DNA from: a virus
Lineage: Duplodnaviria > Caudoviricetes
DNA: 49,765 nucleotides
Virus record (IMG/VR): IMGVR_UViG_3300032212_000018
Coordinates: 1 to 49,765 of that record
Strand: one strand, 5' to 3'
Made by a program: the position numbers and the translations under genes. Below, piece after piece: positions 28,445 to 38,279 of this stretch (the stretch's first letter is position 1; every line of letters starts with the position of its first letter). Under the pieces are notes generated by a model, which did no database searches, was not told where the DNA came from, and worked only from the letters and a program-made list of their open reading frames with translations.

Positions 28445-29938
28445 TTAATGGCATTCAAGCCAGCTCTGACCTACAGAGTACTCACCGTCTAACGGTACAT
28501 TCATCTTGAAGTACTCTCCTGCCTTAACAATACTTTTGACACCGAGTTCACCAACCAGTTCCGCGTACTCTGGGGATGTCTGGAACAAGCCTTCGTCGTG
28601 ATAAACCACTACTCTTTGTGCGGGTACACCTCTCTGCTTTAACCATTTATCCATGAAGACTAAACTTAAATTCATAATCTTCTGACCTGCTGACTGACAT
28701 TTCGCATTAAAGACTGAATGTTTAGCTCTAGTGACAATCTTAGAACCATCAATGGTTGTAATGAACTTCTTACTGTTCTTTTCAAATTCACGCTCTGTCT
28801 CCTCAATAGCTGATCGTAAAGCCCAGTTCTGTTCCCAGTACGCATTCCACCATACTTCAGCTTGCTTCAGTGGTACGCCTAGTGTTCGTGCTAGTGTAGG
28901 TGGTTGACAGTTGTACTGTAAAGCAAAAGTTCCAGGTTTTATGTCCTGTCGTTCATCCTTCTGTACATCCTGCATTGGCTTACCTAACCATACACTTGCG
29001 TTCTCTGTATGTTCATCCCAATCAGGGTCAAGTAGCTTATCAGCGTATTCACCGTTATCAAACGGATAAGTGTAATGCCCTTTAACCCTAGCCTCTAATG
29101 AGCTAGCATCATAGCCTACTAATACCTTGCCTTTAGGGGCTTGGAATAATGATCTGAATTCTGCACCTAGTAAAGAAGTTGAACGAGGGATATTAGCGAC
29201 AACCCTGTGCTTCTCTCTATGGGTATTAGTCAAGCCACTAGAAGAAGCAGGGAGTCTACCATCGATCTTTAAACGGGGGTGATTTAACCACCCTGTACCT
29301 TTATCCTCATTCAACAGGACACTTCTACGATTACGCAAAGATAGCCACGTAGTGATAGGTTTAACGATTTGAATCTTATCACCTAGTCGTTCCAGGTTAG
29401 GGCATAACTGACCGTTCTGATGTAGTTTTGGGGATGTTTTAACCAGCTGCCCTCTCTCGTCTCTGACCTTTTGTCCATTTTTAACTTGGTAATTCCATAG
29501 TGTCGGTTCCCACCCTATGCTTACCAACCATGCTTTTAAATCACTTTGATGTTTTAACTCCATTGGTAATTCATTTATAATAGGTTTCTCACAAGGAAGT
29601 TGCACTTTAATACCGTTCTTAATACCTTGAGCTAATGTAATACCACCATCATTGTAGACGACGCACTCATCGAACCATTTCTCACACAACGTACTGAACG
29701 AGCCATCTTTTTTAAATAATTTTTTAGGAGGTGTCCATGCTTTTTCTTCTGTTTTATTTAATGGTCTTTTAGGAAGCACTGGTTCAACAGATTCCTTTAT
29801 CTTAAGCATCTCTGAATCTATATAAGTTACCAGTTTAATAGCAGTTTCAATATCAAACATAATACCTTGCCGTTCCTGAGCTTGCATAAGATCAAAAGTT
29901 TTTAAAGATAATTTAATATTAAAAGGAAGTTCTACCAC
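28445..29938 (-). CDS. DNA polymerase family A, polymerase domain
   Basis: Motif A GYDASSLEAR, motif B R..IKPGTFALQY, QSAG, motif C YHDE. Confidence 0.9.
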   Translation of the reverse strand: MVELPFNIKLSLKTFDLMQAQERQGIMFDIETAIKLVTYIDSEMLKIKESVEPVLPKRPLNKTEEKAWTPPKKLFKKDGSFSTLCEKWFDECVVYNDGGITLAQGIKNGIKVQLPCEKPIINELPMELKHQSDLKAWLVSIGWEPTLWNYQVKNGQKVRDERGQLVKTSPKLHQNGQLCPNLERLGDKIQIVKPITTWLSLRNRRSVLLNEDKGTGWLNHPRLKIDGRLPASSSGLTNTHREKHRVVANIPRSTSLLGAEFRSLFQAPKGKVLVGYDASSLEARVKGHYTYPFDNGEYADKLLDPDWDEHTENASVWLGKPMQDVQKDERQDIKPGTFALQYNCQPPTLARTLGVPLKQAEVWWNAYWEQNWALRSAIEETEREFEKNSKKFITTIDGSKIVTRAKHSVFNAKCQSAGQKIMNLSLVFMDKWLKQRGVPAQRVVVYHDEGLFQTSPEYAELVGELGVKSIVKAGEYFKMNVPLDGEYSVGQSWLECH

Positions 29939-30441
29939 TTTTGCCTCCCGTGATTTGGATGATAATTATATTTACTCTCAGCTGATTTCCTGGCACAACA
30001 AGCTTCGAAGAAATCTACATATAGGCCTAAATGAACCTCCTTACCTTTATCTCTGATTCTTACACGGTACTTACCATGAGCTATATCTATACCCATGAGA
30101 CCAAATCTACACCTTTTACAAATACCTTTGTTCTTACTACTGACTGCGCTCGTTACATGCCTTAAATTTACCCACCTATTGTCGGACGTATTGCCGTTAA
30201 TATGGTCAATATAATTATCTGGCCATTTCCCTACTATGTACAAGTATGCCAATCTATGTGCTCGTACATTAACATTATTAACCCTTAGACAAATATACCC
30301 ATGTGGATCTGTACAACTTACTATGCTACCTTTTACTGCACGATTGCTACATGTTGCTAACCATGTAAAAATACCTGTTTCTGGGTTATAATGTAGTACT
30401 TTCTTCACATATTCTTGTGTTACAGTATCAATTTTACTCAT
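29932..30441 (-). mobile_element. Free-standing HNH homing endonuclease inserted in the polymerase locus
   Basis: YNPETGIFTW, AHRLAYLY, IDHINGN..DNR..NLR; overlaps both polymerase halves. Confidence 0.85.
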
Positions 30442-30925
30442 ACTTTATATCCAGCCTCTCACACAAATAATTAAAAACCTGTTCCGTAAGTACCGTATCA
30501 GCCTCGCATCGTTCAACATAAACCTCAATCGGCTGGTCTTTCCAATCCTCAACTACAGGCTTCACACCATTCAGACGCTCTGCGTAGGCAGCTAAACCAT
30601 GCCCGCCTGGAAGGTCAGGGAACCAAGCTCTTGACATTGCTAACGTATCCAGCAGCTGCACTTCCTTTTTAACACCTTGCACAGTAATTGAGTCAGGAAG
30701 GACAGAGTAATCGTCGATGATTCCTTGTTGCCTCATTAACTCAAGATCATACCCGAATTGATTGTGTGCAACAATTGTATCGCCATCTTGAAGTAACTCA
30801 AAGAACATTGGTACATCATGCACGTATGTATGGCCAAAGTCTTTGCACTGAACACTTAGGCAATGTATCTTCAGATCAGGCTCATAGAGAAGTCCTGTCG
30901 CTTCAGTATCCCAGAAGTATATCAT
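30434..30925 (-). CDS. DNA polymerase family A, 3'-5' exonuclease domain (separate ORF)
   Basis: ExoI WDTEATGL, ExoII HNQFGYD, DTL, HGL..Y, ExoIII C..D; start MIYFWD at 30925. Confidence 0.85.
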   Translation of the reverse strand: MIYFWDTEATGLLYEPDLKIHCLSVQCKDFGHTYVHDVPMFFELLQDGDTIVAHNQFGYDLELMRQQGIIDDYSVLPDSITVQGVKKEVQLLDTLAMSRAWFPDLPGGHGLAAYAERLNGVKPVVEDWKDQPIEVYVERCEADTVLTEQVFNYLCERLDIKYE

Positions 30926-31125
30926 CCAGCTAACCCACAATAGCCATGACCTGTCTTGACAAATTCAGGCCCTAATGAACCTTCTTTATATACCATTTTT
31001 TCCTCTTCCACCCACATCATACAGTCAGATGCAGCGCAGCCTGTATTGCTATCCATAGAGCCACCAGCGTAAAAACCGGCAACAAACAATGGACACAGTT
31101 TAATTCTAGCTTCTTCTTCAGTCAT
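30922..31125 (-). CDS. Small Cys-rich conserved phage protein
   Basis: MTEEEA....CP...C.ASDCMMW...GYCGLAG. Confidence 0.6.
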   Translation of the reverse strand: MTEEEARIKLCPLFVAGFYAGGSMDSNTGCAASDCMMWVEEEKMVYKEGSLGPEFVKTGHGYCGLAG

Positions 31126-31302
31126 ACAACCTCCGCTCTTTCATCATCTCGTAATCGTGGTCAGCTTTCTGCTCCATGTAGTCCTGGATGTAATTATCCG
31201 CTGCTGTCGCAGCCTCGAACTCATCCAGCCCTTGTTCGCACAGCTGATCGAACTTCTCTTGCCATGTGTGTTTGTAGTCAGTCATAGATCACCTTTAGTT
31301 AC

Positions 31303-31512
31303 TTAATCATTAAGTTTCTTAACTTCAGTGAATACATCACCATTCAACCCACCACAATATATCTCTAGGCCTATAGTCGTGTATGCCTTTGGATAACCTT
31401 TTGCTAAGCACTTTGCTTCAGCGTATATGCTAGTAGGCATCACAATAAAAAACAAATAAAACACGAACACTACAAAACCAATAAATACTATTCCCGCTAT
31501 CTTTTCAATCAT
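31303..31512 (-). CDS. Small membrane protein
   Basis: N-terminal TM helix. Confidence 0.55.
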   Translation of the reverse strand: MIEKIAGIVFIGFVVFVFYLFFIVMPTSIYAEAKCLAKGYPKAYTTIGLEIYCGGLNGDVFTEVKKLND

Positions 31513-31748
31513 ACCTCATTCTCCAGCTTTTCTTCCAGTACCTCGATATCACCCAGTAAGAAGCTTACATCGAACCCATCGACCTCAGCTGACAGAACAG
31601 AAGTCTCAGCAGGGATAGGCGCTTCATAAGGTTCTATAACCGACTCAGGGATTTCTTCAGTCCGCTCCCAAGCCAGCTCAATCTCGTGTTCTATCTCGAT
31701 ATCAAGCTCATCGATCTGGACCTTCAGGGTGTACGTTTCTGTTTTCAT
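31509..31748 (-). CDS. Acidic hypothetical protein
   Basis: Coupled ORF. Confidence 0.55.
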   Translation of the reverse strand: MKTETYTLKVQIDELDIEIEHEIELAWERTEEIPESVIEPYEAPIPAETSVLSAEVDGFDVSFLLGDIEVLEEKLENEV

Positions 31749-31764
31749 ATATCACCTGTTTGGG

Positions 31765-32136
31765 TTAGTGGTTATCTGTGTATTTATATTCGCCGCTTTG
31801 ATTTTGTGGGTTTGCAATATCGATTTCTCTTTCATCTCCACAAGCATCGAACAAGACTTTATCCTTTTCTAAATGCTTATAATAAGCGCCTTGCGGCCTC
31901 ATTTTTCTTTTTCTGGCGCAATACAGTAAAACACCGTTATAATCTTTTGAGTCGTTTATAGAAGATTCCAATAAATCAAGATCATCTTTGCTTATTGGCT
32001 CACCATCAGCGCACCCCCAATAAAAGAAATCATTACAGTTCGCATAGAATCTTAACTCGCCGTCCCATAAAATCTCTTCGAATAAATCATGTTCCTGAAT
32101 AAACCACATCATTTTTATAATAAATTCATTATCCAT
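31765..32136 (-). CDS. Conserved phage hypothetical protein
   Basis: NCNDFFYWGCAD.E and R.MRPQGAYY motifs; AGGAG RBS. Confidence 0.6.
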   Translation of the reverse strand: MDNEFIIKMMWFIQEHDLFEEILWDGELRFYANCNDFFYWGCADGEPISKDDLDLLESSINDSKDYNGVLLYCARKRKMRPQGAYYKHLEKDKVLFDACGDEREIDIANPQNQSGEYKYTDNH

Positions 32137-32227
32137 CTTCTTATCTCCTAATTAACAAATAATTCTACGAATACATAAATTCCCATTAATATTAGACTTA
32201 TGTTAAATATTAGTTTTAACATCTCTC

Positions 32228-32428
32228 TCACTCTGCGTTCTCCTTATCGTACATGTATTTACTGAACTTCAAGCACTCTAGTTCTGTGACTGATTTACCC
32301 TCATCTGCGGTAAACCGAAGTACCTTGATCTCACACCCTGCTGCTTTGATCTCATGGAACATCAGGTTAGTCCTGATTGTACCACAGCTGGTTAGAGTTG
32401 CCAAGGCTAATACCAGTAATAACTTCAT
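32228..32428 (-). CDS. Putative lipoprotein
   Basis: Signal peptide with LTSC lipobox. Confidence 0.6.
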   Translation of the reverse strand: MKLLLVLALATLTSCGTIRTNLMFHEIKAAGCEIKVLRFTADEGKSVTELECLKFSKYMYDKENAE

Positions 32429-32468
32429 TGTACACTCCGTGGAACATCATTAAATGTATTAAAACAAC

Positions 32469-32657
32469 CTAATCCTTAGATTTAGTTGTACTTTTGGTAC
32501 GTACGTCCCACAATGGACATAACTGTACAGTACAACCCTCTATCTGCTGTCGCCATGCACCGGCCTCTTCAGGGTCGTACACGCAATCTTTGCACTTCTC
32601 GTCAATCCTCTTACGTAAGCTGATGCGCTTACCTTTCTGCCCACCTCTTGTTTTCAT
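32469..32657 (-). CDS. Small Cys-containing phage protein
   Basis: KCKDC.YD...W.QQ...C....CPLW motif. Confidence 0.6.
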   Translation of the reverse strand: MKTRGGQKGKRISLRKRIDEKCKDCVYDPEEAGAWRQQIEGCTVQLCPLWDVRTKSTTKSKD

Positions 32658-32820
32658 TCATTTCTCCTGAAAGCATCTTCTATAAAATCATCGAACAACT
32701 CTTGCAACTCATCAGGGGTGAAAGTAGCCCCATCACAATCACAACCAGACCTGTCTTCACCATCCCATACGTTAGCATCAACCCATGTTTTACAGAATGA
32801 CTTCACTTCATCTTGTGCGT

Positions 32821-33291
32821 TCATACCCCGAACTCCTGCTTACGCTCTAAATAATCACCAGTATCTCTGTCATGCAGTTCTCTATGGCAATTAGCACACA
32901 GGACTATACATTTTTCAACCTCTTTCTTCATTGTTTCCTTGTTCTGCTTCGTTAATGCTTTCATCATCATACTGGTTATGTGAAATACCTTATCCCTTGT
33001 ATGGTGGAAATCCAGTGCTGCAAAGGTTTTATTATATCCGCAACTGTTACACTCTAAAGCTACTAACCTACCTAAATACGCCACCCACTGCATTCTATAT
33101 TCTCTATACTGTTTCCGCTTACCTTCTGCTACCTTTTCTTTGTTCCTCTCTCTGTATCTCTTGTTTTTAGCTGCAATCTTTTCTTTATTTTCTTGATAAT
33201 ATATCTTCCTCTGTTCATTTAACCGCTCTTTGTTCTTTTCCCTATATTTTCTATCGTATTCTCGTTTCTTTTCTTTGTCTCTGGGTTTCAT
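32821..33291 (-). CDS. HNH homing endonuclease
   Basis: Lys/Arg-rich repeats, C..CGY...ALDFHH...KCIVLCANCHRE.H. Confidence 0.85.
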   Translation of the reverse strand: MKPRDKEKKREYDRKYREKNKERLNEQRKIYYQENKEKIAAKNKRYRERNKEKVAEGKRKQYREYRMQWVAYLGRLVALECNSCGYNKTFAALDFHHTRDKVFHITSMMMKALTKQNKETMKKEVEKCIVLCANCHRELHDRDTGDYLERKQEFGV

Positions 33292-34961
33292 ATACTAAAC
33301 TCATTTTCTGGTTCTAAGTACGAACCTGTCTCTTCGTTGTACATCACTTCAAACTTACCAGACTTACCAAACCCTGAGTTCAGTAATAAATGGAATGTAC
33401 TGGTATTCCTTTCGACAGTATCATCAGAGAATTGGTTCCGTATAATACCTAATAAAAACTTAGTCTTCTCAGCCATAGCTCTTGATCCTCTGAACTGAGC
33501 TACCTTAACCGCCCCTCCCTCCTCGTGTGTCTTACCTTGAGGTGGCTCTTTAAGGTGAGCAAAGCAATAATAAAAGAAATCTAACTCTTGTGCCATCCCT
33601 TGTATTTCATTACTGAACCGTCTTAGCTCCGTCTCTGTTTCAGACGGTGTGAGTCCATCCGTTAATTGAGTAATAGGATCAATAAACACATCCTTAACAC
33701 CTTCGACTACCACAGCATGACGGATAGCAGGTTTCAGTCTATCCCACATATTACCCGCACCTACGTCTGCAAAACTCGCTTTAAACATAATAATCTTACC
33801 ATCTAATTCCTTGACAGCTTTTGTTAAATCCTCTTGTGTGAACTTGCCTTGATCAACATGCTCAGGATTATGGAACTGTTTGTTTTTTAACTTACCAGCT
33901 ACAGCCTTAACTTGTATTCCAGGAGATTGTTCAAAAGAGCAACTGAATATCTTAAGTCCTTCATTAACAATGATGTGCTCAGCCATCTGATTCTTCCACT
34001 CAGTCTTACCTGCCTTAACAGCCGCACCGATATAAATACCCTCTCCTCCTCTACGTCCGTACGTTAATCTGTTCAGTGAAGGCCAAGGCCATAATCTACC
34101 CCACTTAGGTAATTCAATAGCTTCATTAAAAGCGTCTTGTGTCGTTACTATACTGTCAGGTGGTGTAACCTTTGTATTAAACAAAGCATTAATCAACTCT
34201 GACTTCTTACCGTCGATTAGCATCTGGTTAGCGTCCATACCCTCATTGACTGACCAGACTTTCCACTCAGGGTACAGGTCTTTGATCTTCTTAGTCGCTT
34301 TATTCCCAGCCTCGTCGTTATCAAGGCAGATATTAACTTCTTTGAACTTACTTAAAAAGTCGCTATTGTCAGATAAGACGGATAACTTGTCAGAACCCAG
34401 TAACGCAACACAAGACGGGTACTCTTTGTATCCTCTCCTAAGTCCGTACTCTCTAAGGACTTGTGCGGCAGAACAGGCATCGAAAGCGCCTTCGAATATC
34501 CATAATTTATGGAAGGAAGTGCATTCCTGCTGCCCGAACAATCCGGTTCTGATTCCTTTAGTTGAACCGACTCTGTACGGGTGGTGTCCTTGCTCTGCTC
34601 GCTTGGCTTCATATCCGACCACCCGATCACCAGAAGTAATAGGACTGTAAACGTTATTAACCTCTCTCGTTTCTTCATTGTAATCTACTACCATTCCGTA
34701 ATGTTGTAAGGTCTCAGCTGTCAGTCCTCTTGAGGGGACGGGTGCTGGTTTTAAGTTCTGTATATCTTGTAGCTGCATACTTGTATCTCCTGTCTGTACC
34801 TCTGTACACTTCACCAGTCCGCTCCCCTCCCGCAGTCCGTTAGTCCTGCACCTGGAGCACCAAGAACCACCGTCCTCGAACAGGATCCTATGATTCATGG
34901 TTCTATCACCACCCCGATCATAACATACTTCACAAACGGAATCTCCTATGATTTTACTCAC
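33288..34961 (-). CDS. DNA primase/helicase (T7 gp4-like)
   Basis: N-terminal Cys zinc finger, TOPRIM FEG.FD and DND.AG, Walker A GAAVKAGKT, FIDP, FRGS. Confidence 0.9.
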   Translation of the reverse strand: MSKIIGDSVCEVCYDRGGDRTMNHRILFEDGGSWCSRCRTNGLREGSGLVKCTEVQTGDTSMQLQDIQNLKPAPVPSRGLTAETLQHYGMVVDYNEETREVNNVYSPITSGDRVVGYEAKRAEQGHHPYRVGSTKGIRTGLFGQQECTSFHKLWIFEGAFDACSAAQVLREYGLRRGYKEYPSCVALLGSDKLSVLSDNSDFLSKFKEVNICLDNDEAGNKATKKIKDLYPEWKVWSVNEGMDANQMLIDGKKSELINALFNTKVTPPDSIVTTQDAFNEAIELPKWGRLWPWPSLNRLTYGRRGGEGIYIGAAVKAGKTEWKNQMAEHIIVNEGLKIFSCSFEQSPGIQVKAVAGKLKNKQFHNPEHVDQGKFTQEDLTKAVKELDGKIIMFKASFADVGAGNMWDRLKPAIRHAVVVEGVKDVFIDPITQLTDGLTPSETETELRRFSNEIQGMAQELDFFYYCFAHLKEPPQGKTHEEGGAVKVAQFRGSRAMAEKTKFLLGIIRNQFSDDTVERNTSTFHLLLNSGFGKSGKFEVMYNEETGSYLEPENEFSI

Positions 34962-35010
34962 GTCACCTCCTCTTTAACTTTTTGTTTGTGCTTAGTGTGT
35001 GGCTCATTCA

Positions 35011-35178
35011 TCACCCGTTATGTTGGTTGGTTAATTTCTTATCCAGATACTTAGCAATTTTATCCGCTGCTTTTTTACAATCAGCTACCATAACTGTTTC
35101 CGGTACACACCAGCCATTAAAATACGCGACTTCTTTTTCTATTAACTTGGCTATGTGCCTTTTTATTTTATCGTCCAT
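35011..35178 (-). CDS. Hypothetical protein (likely start MDDKIKR)
   Basis: GAGG RBS before the internal ATG. Confidence 0.45.
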   Translation of the reverse strand: MDDKIKRHIAKLIEKEVAYFNGWCVPETVMVADCKKAADKIAKYLDKKLTNQHNG

Positions 35179-35352
35179 CTCTCTCACCTCAATAGAATGG
35201 TTGTTAATAAAAAGGCTGTAGTCGAATAAATGCACGACCAGCAAACTGTATATATAATTTATTTCCTGACCATCTCGCAGTTTCTAACTGTCGATAGATA
35301 AATGACTGATCAATAGCTCTTTCGATTGATAGTATTTCTTCAATATCGGGGG

Positions 35353-35568
35353 TCACTTATCCGCCTCCTCTGTATTGCTGCGTTGGTTCCATTTATCCAG
35401 TGCCGCCTGTTTTTTAAATTCTCCCTGCGCAATATGATAACGACCACGACAATCTATTGTGCAGCAACCGACACGGTAAACAGTTGGATGCCCAAACCCT
35501 TGAGGTATTTGACTAATCTCAGCTTCACCACCACAAAACGGGCAAGGCAATAACTTATCTTCACTCAT
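35353..35568 (-). CDS. Lar-family restriction alleviation protein
   Basis: LLPCPFCGGEA...C...C...A...WN.R. Confidence 0.7.
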   Translation of the reverse strand: MSEDKLLPCPFCGGEAEISQIPQGFGHPTVYRVGCCTIDCRGRYHIAQGEFKKQAALDKWNQRSNTEEADK

Positions 35569-35878
35569 TTTCAGACTCCTTTAGTGCAATCACTGCTTTG
35601 CAGATGGCTTCTTGTGGGGATTCAGCGAACACTTGGGTCTTATCGTTCCACTCAGAAGTAGCAGCAGCATTCCATATCCCTGATTTCAATATTTGAATAC
35701 ATATTTTGTATTCCTCCAATAGCTCACCAGCTTGCTGCCAGTTTGTTGAGGGGGTGAAAGCTTCGGGAGTAACCATTCTGTAATCTGGATCATCACAAAC
35801 TGCATAAGGGAATCCTTTGTCATCTAATGACATGCCCAAAGCCTCAGCCACATCTCTGTCTAATTCGCTCATTTTCAA
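35561..35878 (-). CDS. NinX/DUF2591-like protein
   Basis: ELD..VA.A...F.PSTNW.QAG.L.E...AIC.A. Confidence 0.65.
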   Translation of the reverse strand: MKMSELDRDVAEALGMSLDDKGFPYAVCDDPDYRMVTPEAFTPSTNWQQAGELLEEYKICIQILKSGIWNAAATSEWNDKTQVFAESPQEAICKAVIALKESENE

Positions 35879-36285
35879 GCCTCCTTATTTAGTGCCTCAA
35901 TAAAGGCTTCTGGATCGAGTACTATCTCTGTGATGTCGGCTGTTATGGTCGACTCTCCCTCGCTAGGTGGTGTGGGTAGGGGCATCCAGTGAGTTATGTC
36001 TGGTTTGTCTGTCCAGCTATCACCATGCCTGACAAGCCAAATATCACCATGCCATACACCCCACCAGAAGCCCTTACCTTTTCTATGTACCATTACTTCA
36101 ATATTACTTTCCGGCAGCTCATCAACACTACGCCAGTACACATCTTTAGTAGCACGATAATGATCAGTCAGTAATGCAAAGACATCATCTAACGCAATAT
36201 CAAAAGTGTCTGATCGACTTAAGCACTCGTACAGTCTTGTTATCTTATCTTCCGTTATCTGCTCTGGTGTGTTCATGTCACTCAT
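35875..36285 (-). CDS. DUF551-domain protein
   Basis: W.SVDELP...ITHWMPLP.PP. Confidence 0.7.
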   Translation of the reverse strand: MSDMNTPEQITEDKITRLYECLSRSDTFDIALDDVFALLTDHYRATKDVYWRSVDELPESNIEVMVHRKGKGFWWGVWHGDIWLVRHGDSWTDKPDITHWMPLPTPPSEGESTITADITEIVLDPEAFIEALNKEA

Positions 36286-36493
36286 GCATCTCTCCCAGTT
36301 TATCTAACTGTTTCTCTATATCAGTACAGATAGAGACCATATCAGCTTGATTAAGTTCAGTAGTATTACGGATATATCCCTGTAACTTGTTAAACCCTCG
36401 TAGATACACCTGGAGGTACTTCATCTGTAAGCCCTGTGCAGCTAGTACACGCTCTATATTATCAGTACCACCGTTGCTTTCATCTTGTTTCAT
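36278..36493 (-). CDS. Hypothetical protein
   Basis: GAGG RBS; coupled to the downstream gene. Confidence 0.5.
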   Translation of the reverse strand: MKQDESNGGTDNIERVLAAQGLQMKYLQVYLRGFNKLQGYIRNTTELNQADMVSICTDIEKQLDKLGEMHE

Positions 36494-36619
36494 ACTTCAT
36501 CACCTCTCTTACCTCCAACCATGTACTCTTGAACAAATAACCTCAAGATGTACATCATGTCTGAATGGCTTAAACCATGCCTTCTGGCGTTAAACGTCCT
36601 GAACTGCATTTCGTGTAGT

Positions 36620-36901
36620 TTAGCCTCTGTCATCATATGTCCTCAAAGAAACATCTAAGCAGGTTTTTAATACCTTACCTGTAAATTGTTGAGATTCACG
36701 AAGCCCCTCGTTAATGTTTTCAGCCATAGCATCACGTATATCATCTTGACTGCTTTGTATTTGTTCAGCCATGTTGTGCATCTTTTCGGCCATGAAATCA
36801 TTACCAGTCTCAGAAAATGCTCTACCTAATAGTATTAAACTATAACTAACATCTACCAGTTCATCTGTCGCAGCCGATGTTTTATTGATATATTCACTCA
36901 T
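36620..36901 (-). CDS. Hypothetical protein
   Basis: GGAGG RBS. Confidence 0.55.
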   Translation of the reverse strand: MSEYINKTSAATDELVDVSYSLILLGRAFSETGNDFMAEKMHNMAEQIQSSQDDIRDAMAENINEGLRESQQFTGKVLKTCLDVSLRTYDDRG

Positions 36902-37110
36902 TGCTGTACCTCCTCCAAATCAGGTCTAAATGTACCTCTAGATCGCTCTGTGTTGTCCTGTATCCAATCTTTAACCTCTTGGGCGGGTGTACCTATGTTG
37001 AAGAAATAAAAAGCCTGTGTAAGGGCTTCTGCTTCGATCTCCTTGAATGCCTCGAACTCAGCTTTTATCGTGTCTGGGTTGATAATGTGTGATTTATTCA
37101 TCAAAACCAC
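36898..37110 (-). CDS. Hypothetical protein
   Basis: Coupled ORF. Confidence 0.5.
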   Translation of the reverse strand: MVLMNKSHIINPDTIKAEFEAFKEIEAEALTQAFYFFNIGTPAQEVKDWIQDNTERSRGTFRPDLEEVQQ

Positions 37111-37286
37111 CTCGACTTCTTAGTTTCCAGATTAGCTTTCTCTAACTGATTGATACGATGACTTAATAAATCTATTGTTGTTTTCTGTACCTTGATAGCT
37201 TCAGTTAACGTTTTAACCACAGTGTTTACATCTGCTGCGTGGGTAGATAGCTCTGTCAATGCCTCTTGTACGGTCATTTTAGTCAT
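37101..37286 (-). CDS. Hypothetical coiled-coil protein
   Basis: Coupled ORF. Confidence 0.5.
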   Translation of the reverse strand: MTKMTVQEALTELSTHAADVNTVVKTLTEAIKVQKTTIDLLSHRINQLEKANLETKKSRWF

Positions 37287-37480
37287 TATACAACCCTCTC
37301 AAATCCACGCAGTAACAACGCGGTATGCATTAAACCATGTACCGTACATGCCTGGTGGCCGTACAGTGTCCCGTCTGGTAGTCTTAAAGGTACAAACATC
37401 ATTACCCCCTTATCTGAGCTGATGTATTCGATACCTCTTGATTCGATGTAGTCTGTTACGTCGTTGCACACGTCGTTCAT
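37286..37480 (-). CDS. Hypothetical protein
   Basis: Coupled ORF. Confidence 0.5.
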   Translation of the reverse strand: MNDVCNDVTDYIESRGIEYISSDKGVMMFVPLRLPDGTLYGHQACTVHGLMHTALLLRGFERVV

Positions 37481-37652
37481 TGTTTATCCCCGTATTTATC
37501 AATTATATCATTAACCTCAGATAACCTTAAACCTACTGCGTTAGCTATTATCTCTCGGTTAGTATAACATACCTCTAAATGAAGCACAGTATCTATTTCA
37601 TCATCACTGTACATGCAATCGTTATATTCCATACAACCCCCTAATCAAAACG

Positions 37653-38003
37653 TTAGTCGAAATAATGTTCGCATTTATCACGAGATTCTTCGTTATCTTC
37701 TCTGAAACTTTGAGCTGTCTTTGCTAGGTCCGATAATTCTCTATCTACACCTTCTACTTCATTAGGTGTCATATTAATAAAGTTTTCATACACCTGATCT
37801 ATACTACCCTCTAACGTATTCAAGTCATAGATAGCCTTATCAAGTAAAGCACTTAGCTGCTCTGTGGCTGTATCTCGCTCTAGCTCTGCATCTCCTGCTC
37901 CTTCTAATCGTTTAAGTAGCTCCTCCTCCAGCTCTGTGGTGGTTTCACCAGCAAAGAACCGGCAGAACTCTGGATTAGTTGCGTTTTGTATTGATGGGTT
38001 CAT
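37653..38003 (-). CDS. Acidic coiled-coil early protein
   Basis: AAGGA RBS. Confidence 0.55.
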   Translation of the reverse strand: MNPSIQNATNPEFCRFFAGETTTELEEELLKRLEGAGDAELERDTATEQLSALLDKAIYDLNTLEGSIDQVYENFINMTPNEVEGVDRELSDLAKTAQSFREDNEESRDKCEHYFD

Positions 38004-38012
38004 ATTAATTCC

Positions 38013-38279
38013 TTAATTCAAGTCAGTTAGAATGTAAGTGCCATCGTCAATCTTCTGTTGTGTTTCATTAGTTGTCTCTCCAAGGAACTGATTTCTGTAC
38101 TTAGCTGTTGTGCGTGAGTAGTTCCAGTACGTTTTATCTAACTGCGTATTACCTTCTGTATCATACATTACAATGATGCTGTCATAACTTTGAAAATAAG
38201 TATTTCCGTTATCATCATATACCCTGAACTGATTAGCGACTTTATTACCGTTGTTTGATACCATGTTTGTAACTTTCAT
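38013..38279 (-). CDS. Conserved early phage protein
   Basis: VANQF...YFQSY.SII...W.YS.TT.KYRNQFL motif. Confidence 0.65.
   Translation of the reverse strand: MKVTNMVSNNGNKVANQFRVYDDNGNTYFQSYDSIIVMYDTEGNTQLDKTYWNYSRTTAKYRNQFLGETTNETQQKIDDGTYILTDLN

Noticed and set aside
29932-30441. Group I intron or intein in the polymerase
   Set aside because: The ORFs overlap on both sides, with stops and frame changes, leaving no visible intron core or in-frame intein.
36330-36360. Possible fourth sigmaE-like promoter (minus strand GAACTT-N16-TCTCT)
   Set aside because: The -10 is a poor match and the site is intragenic.
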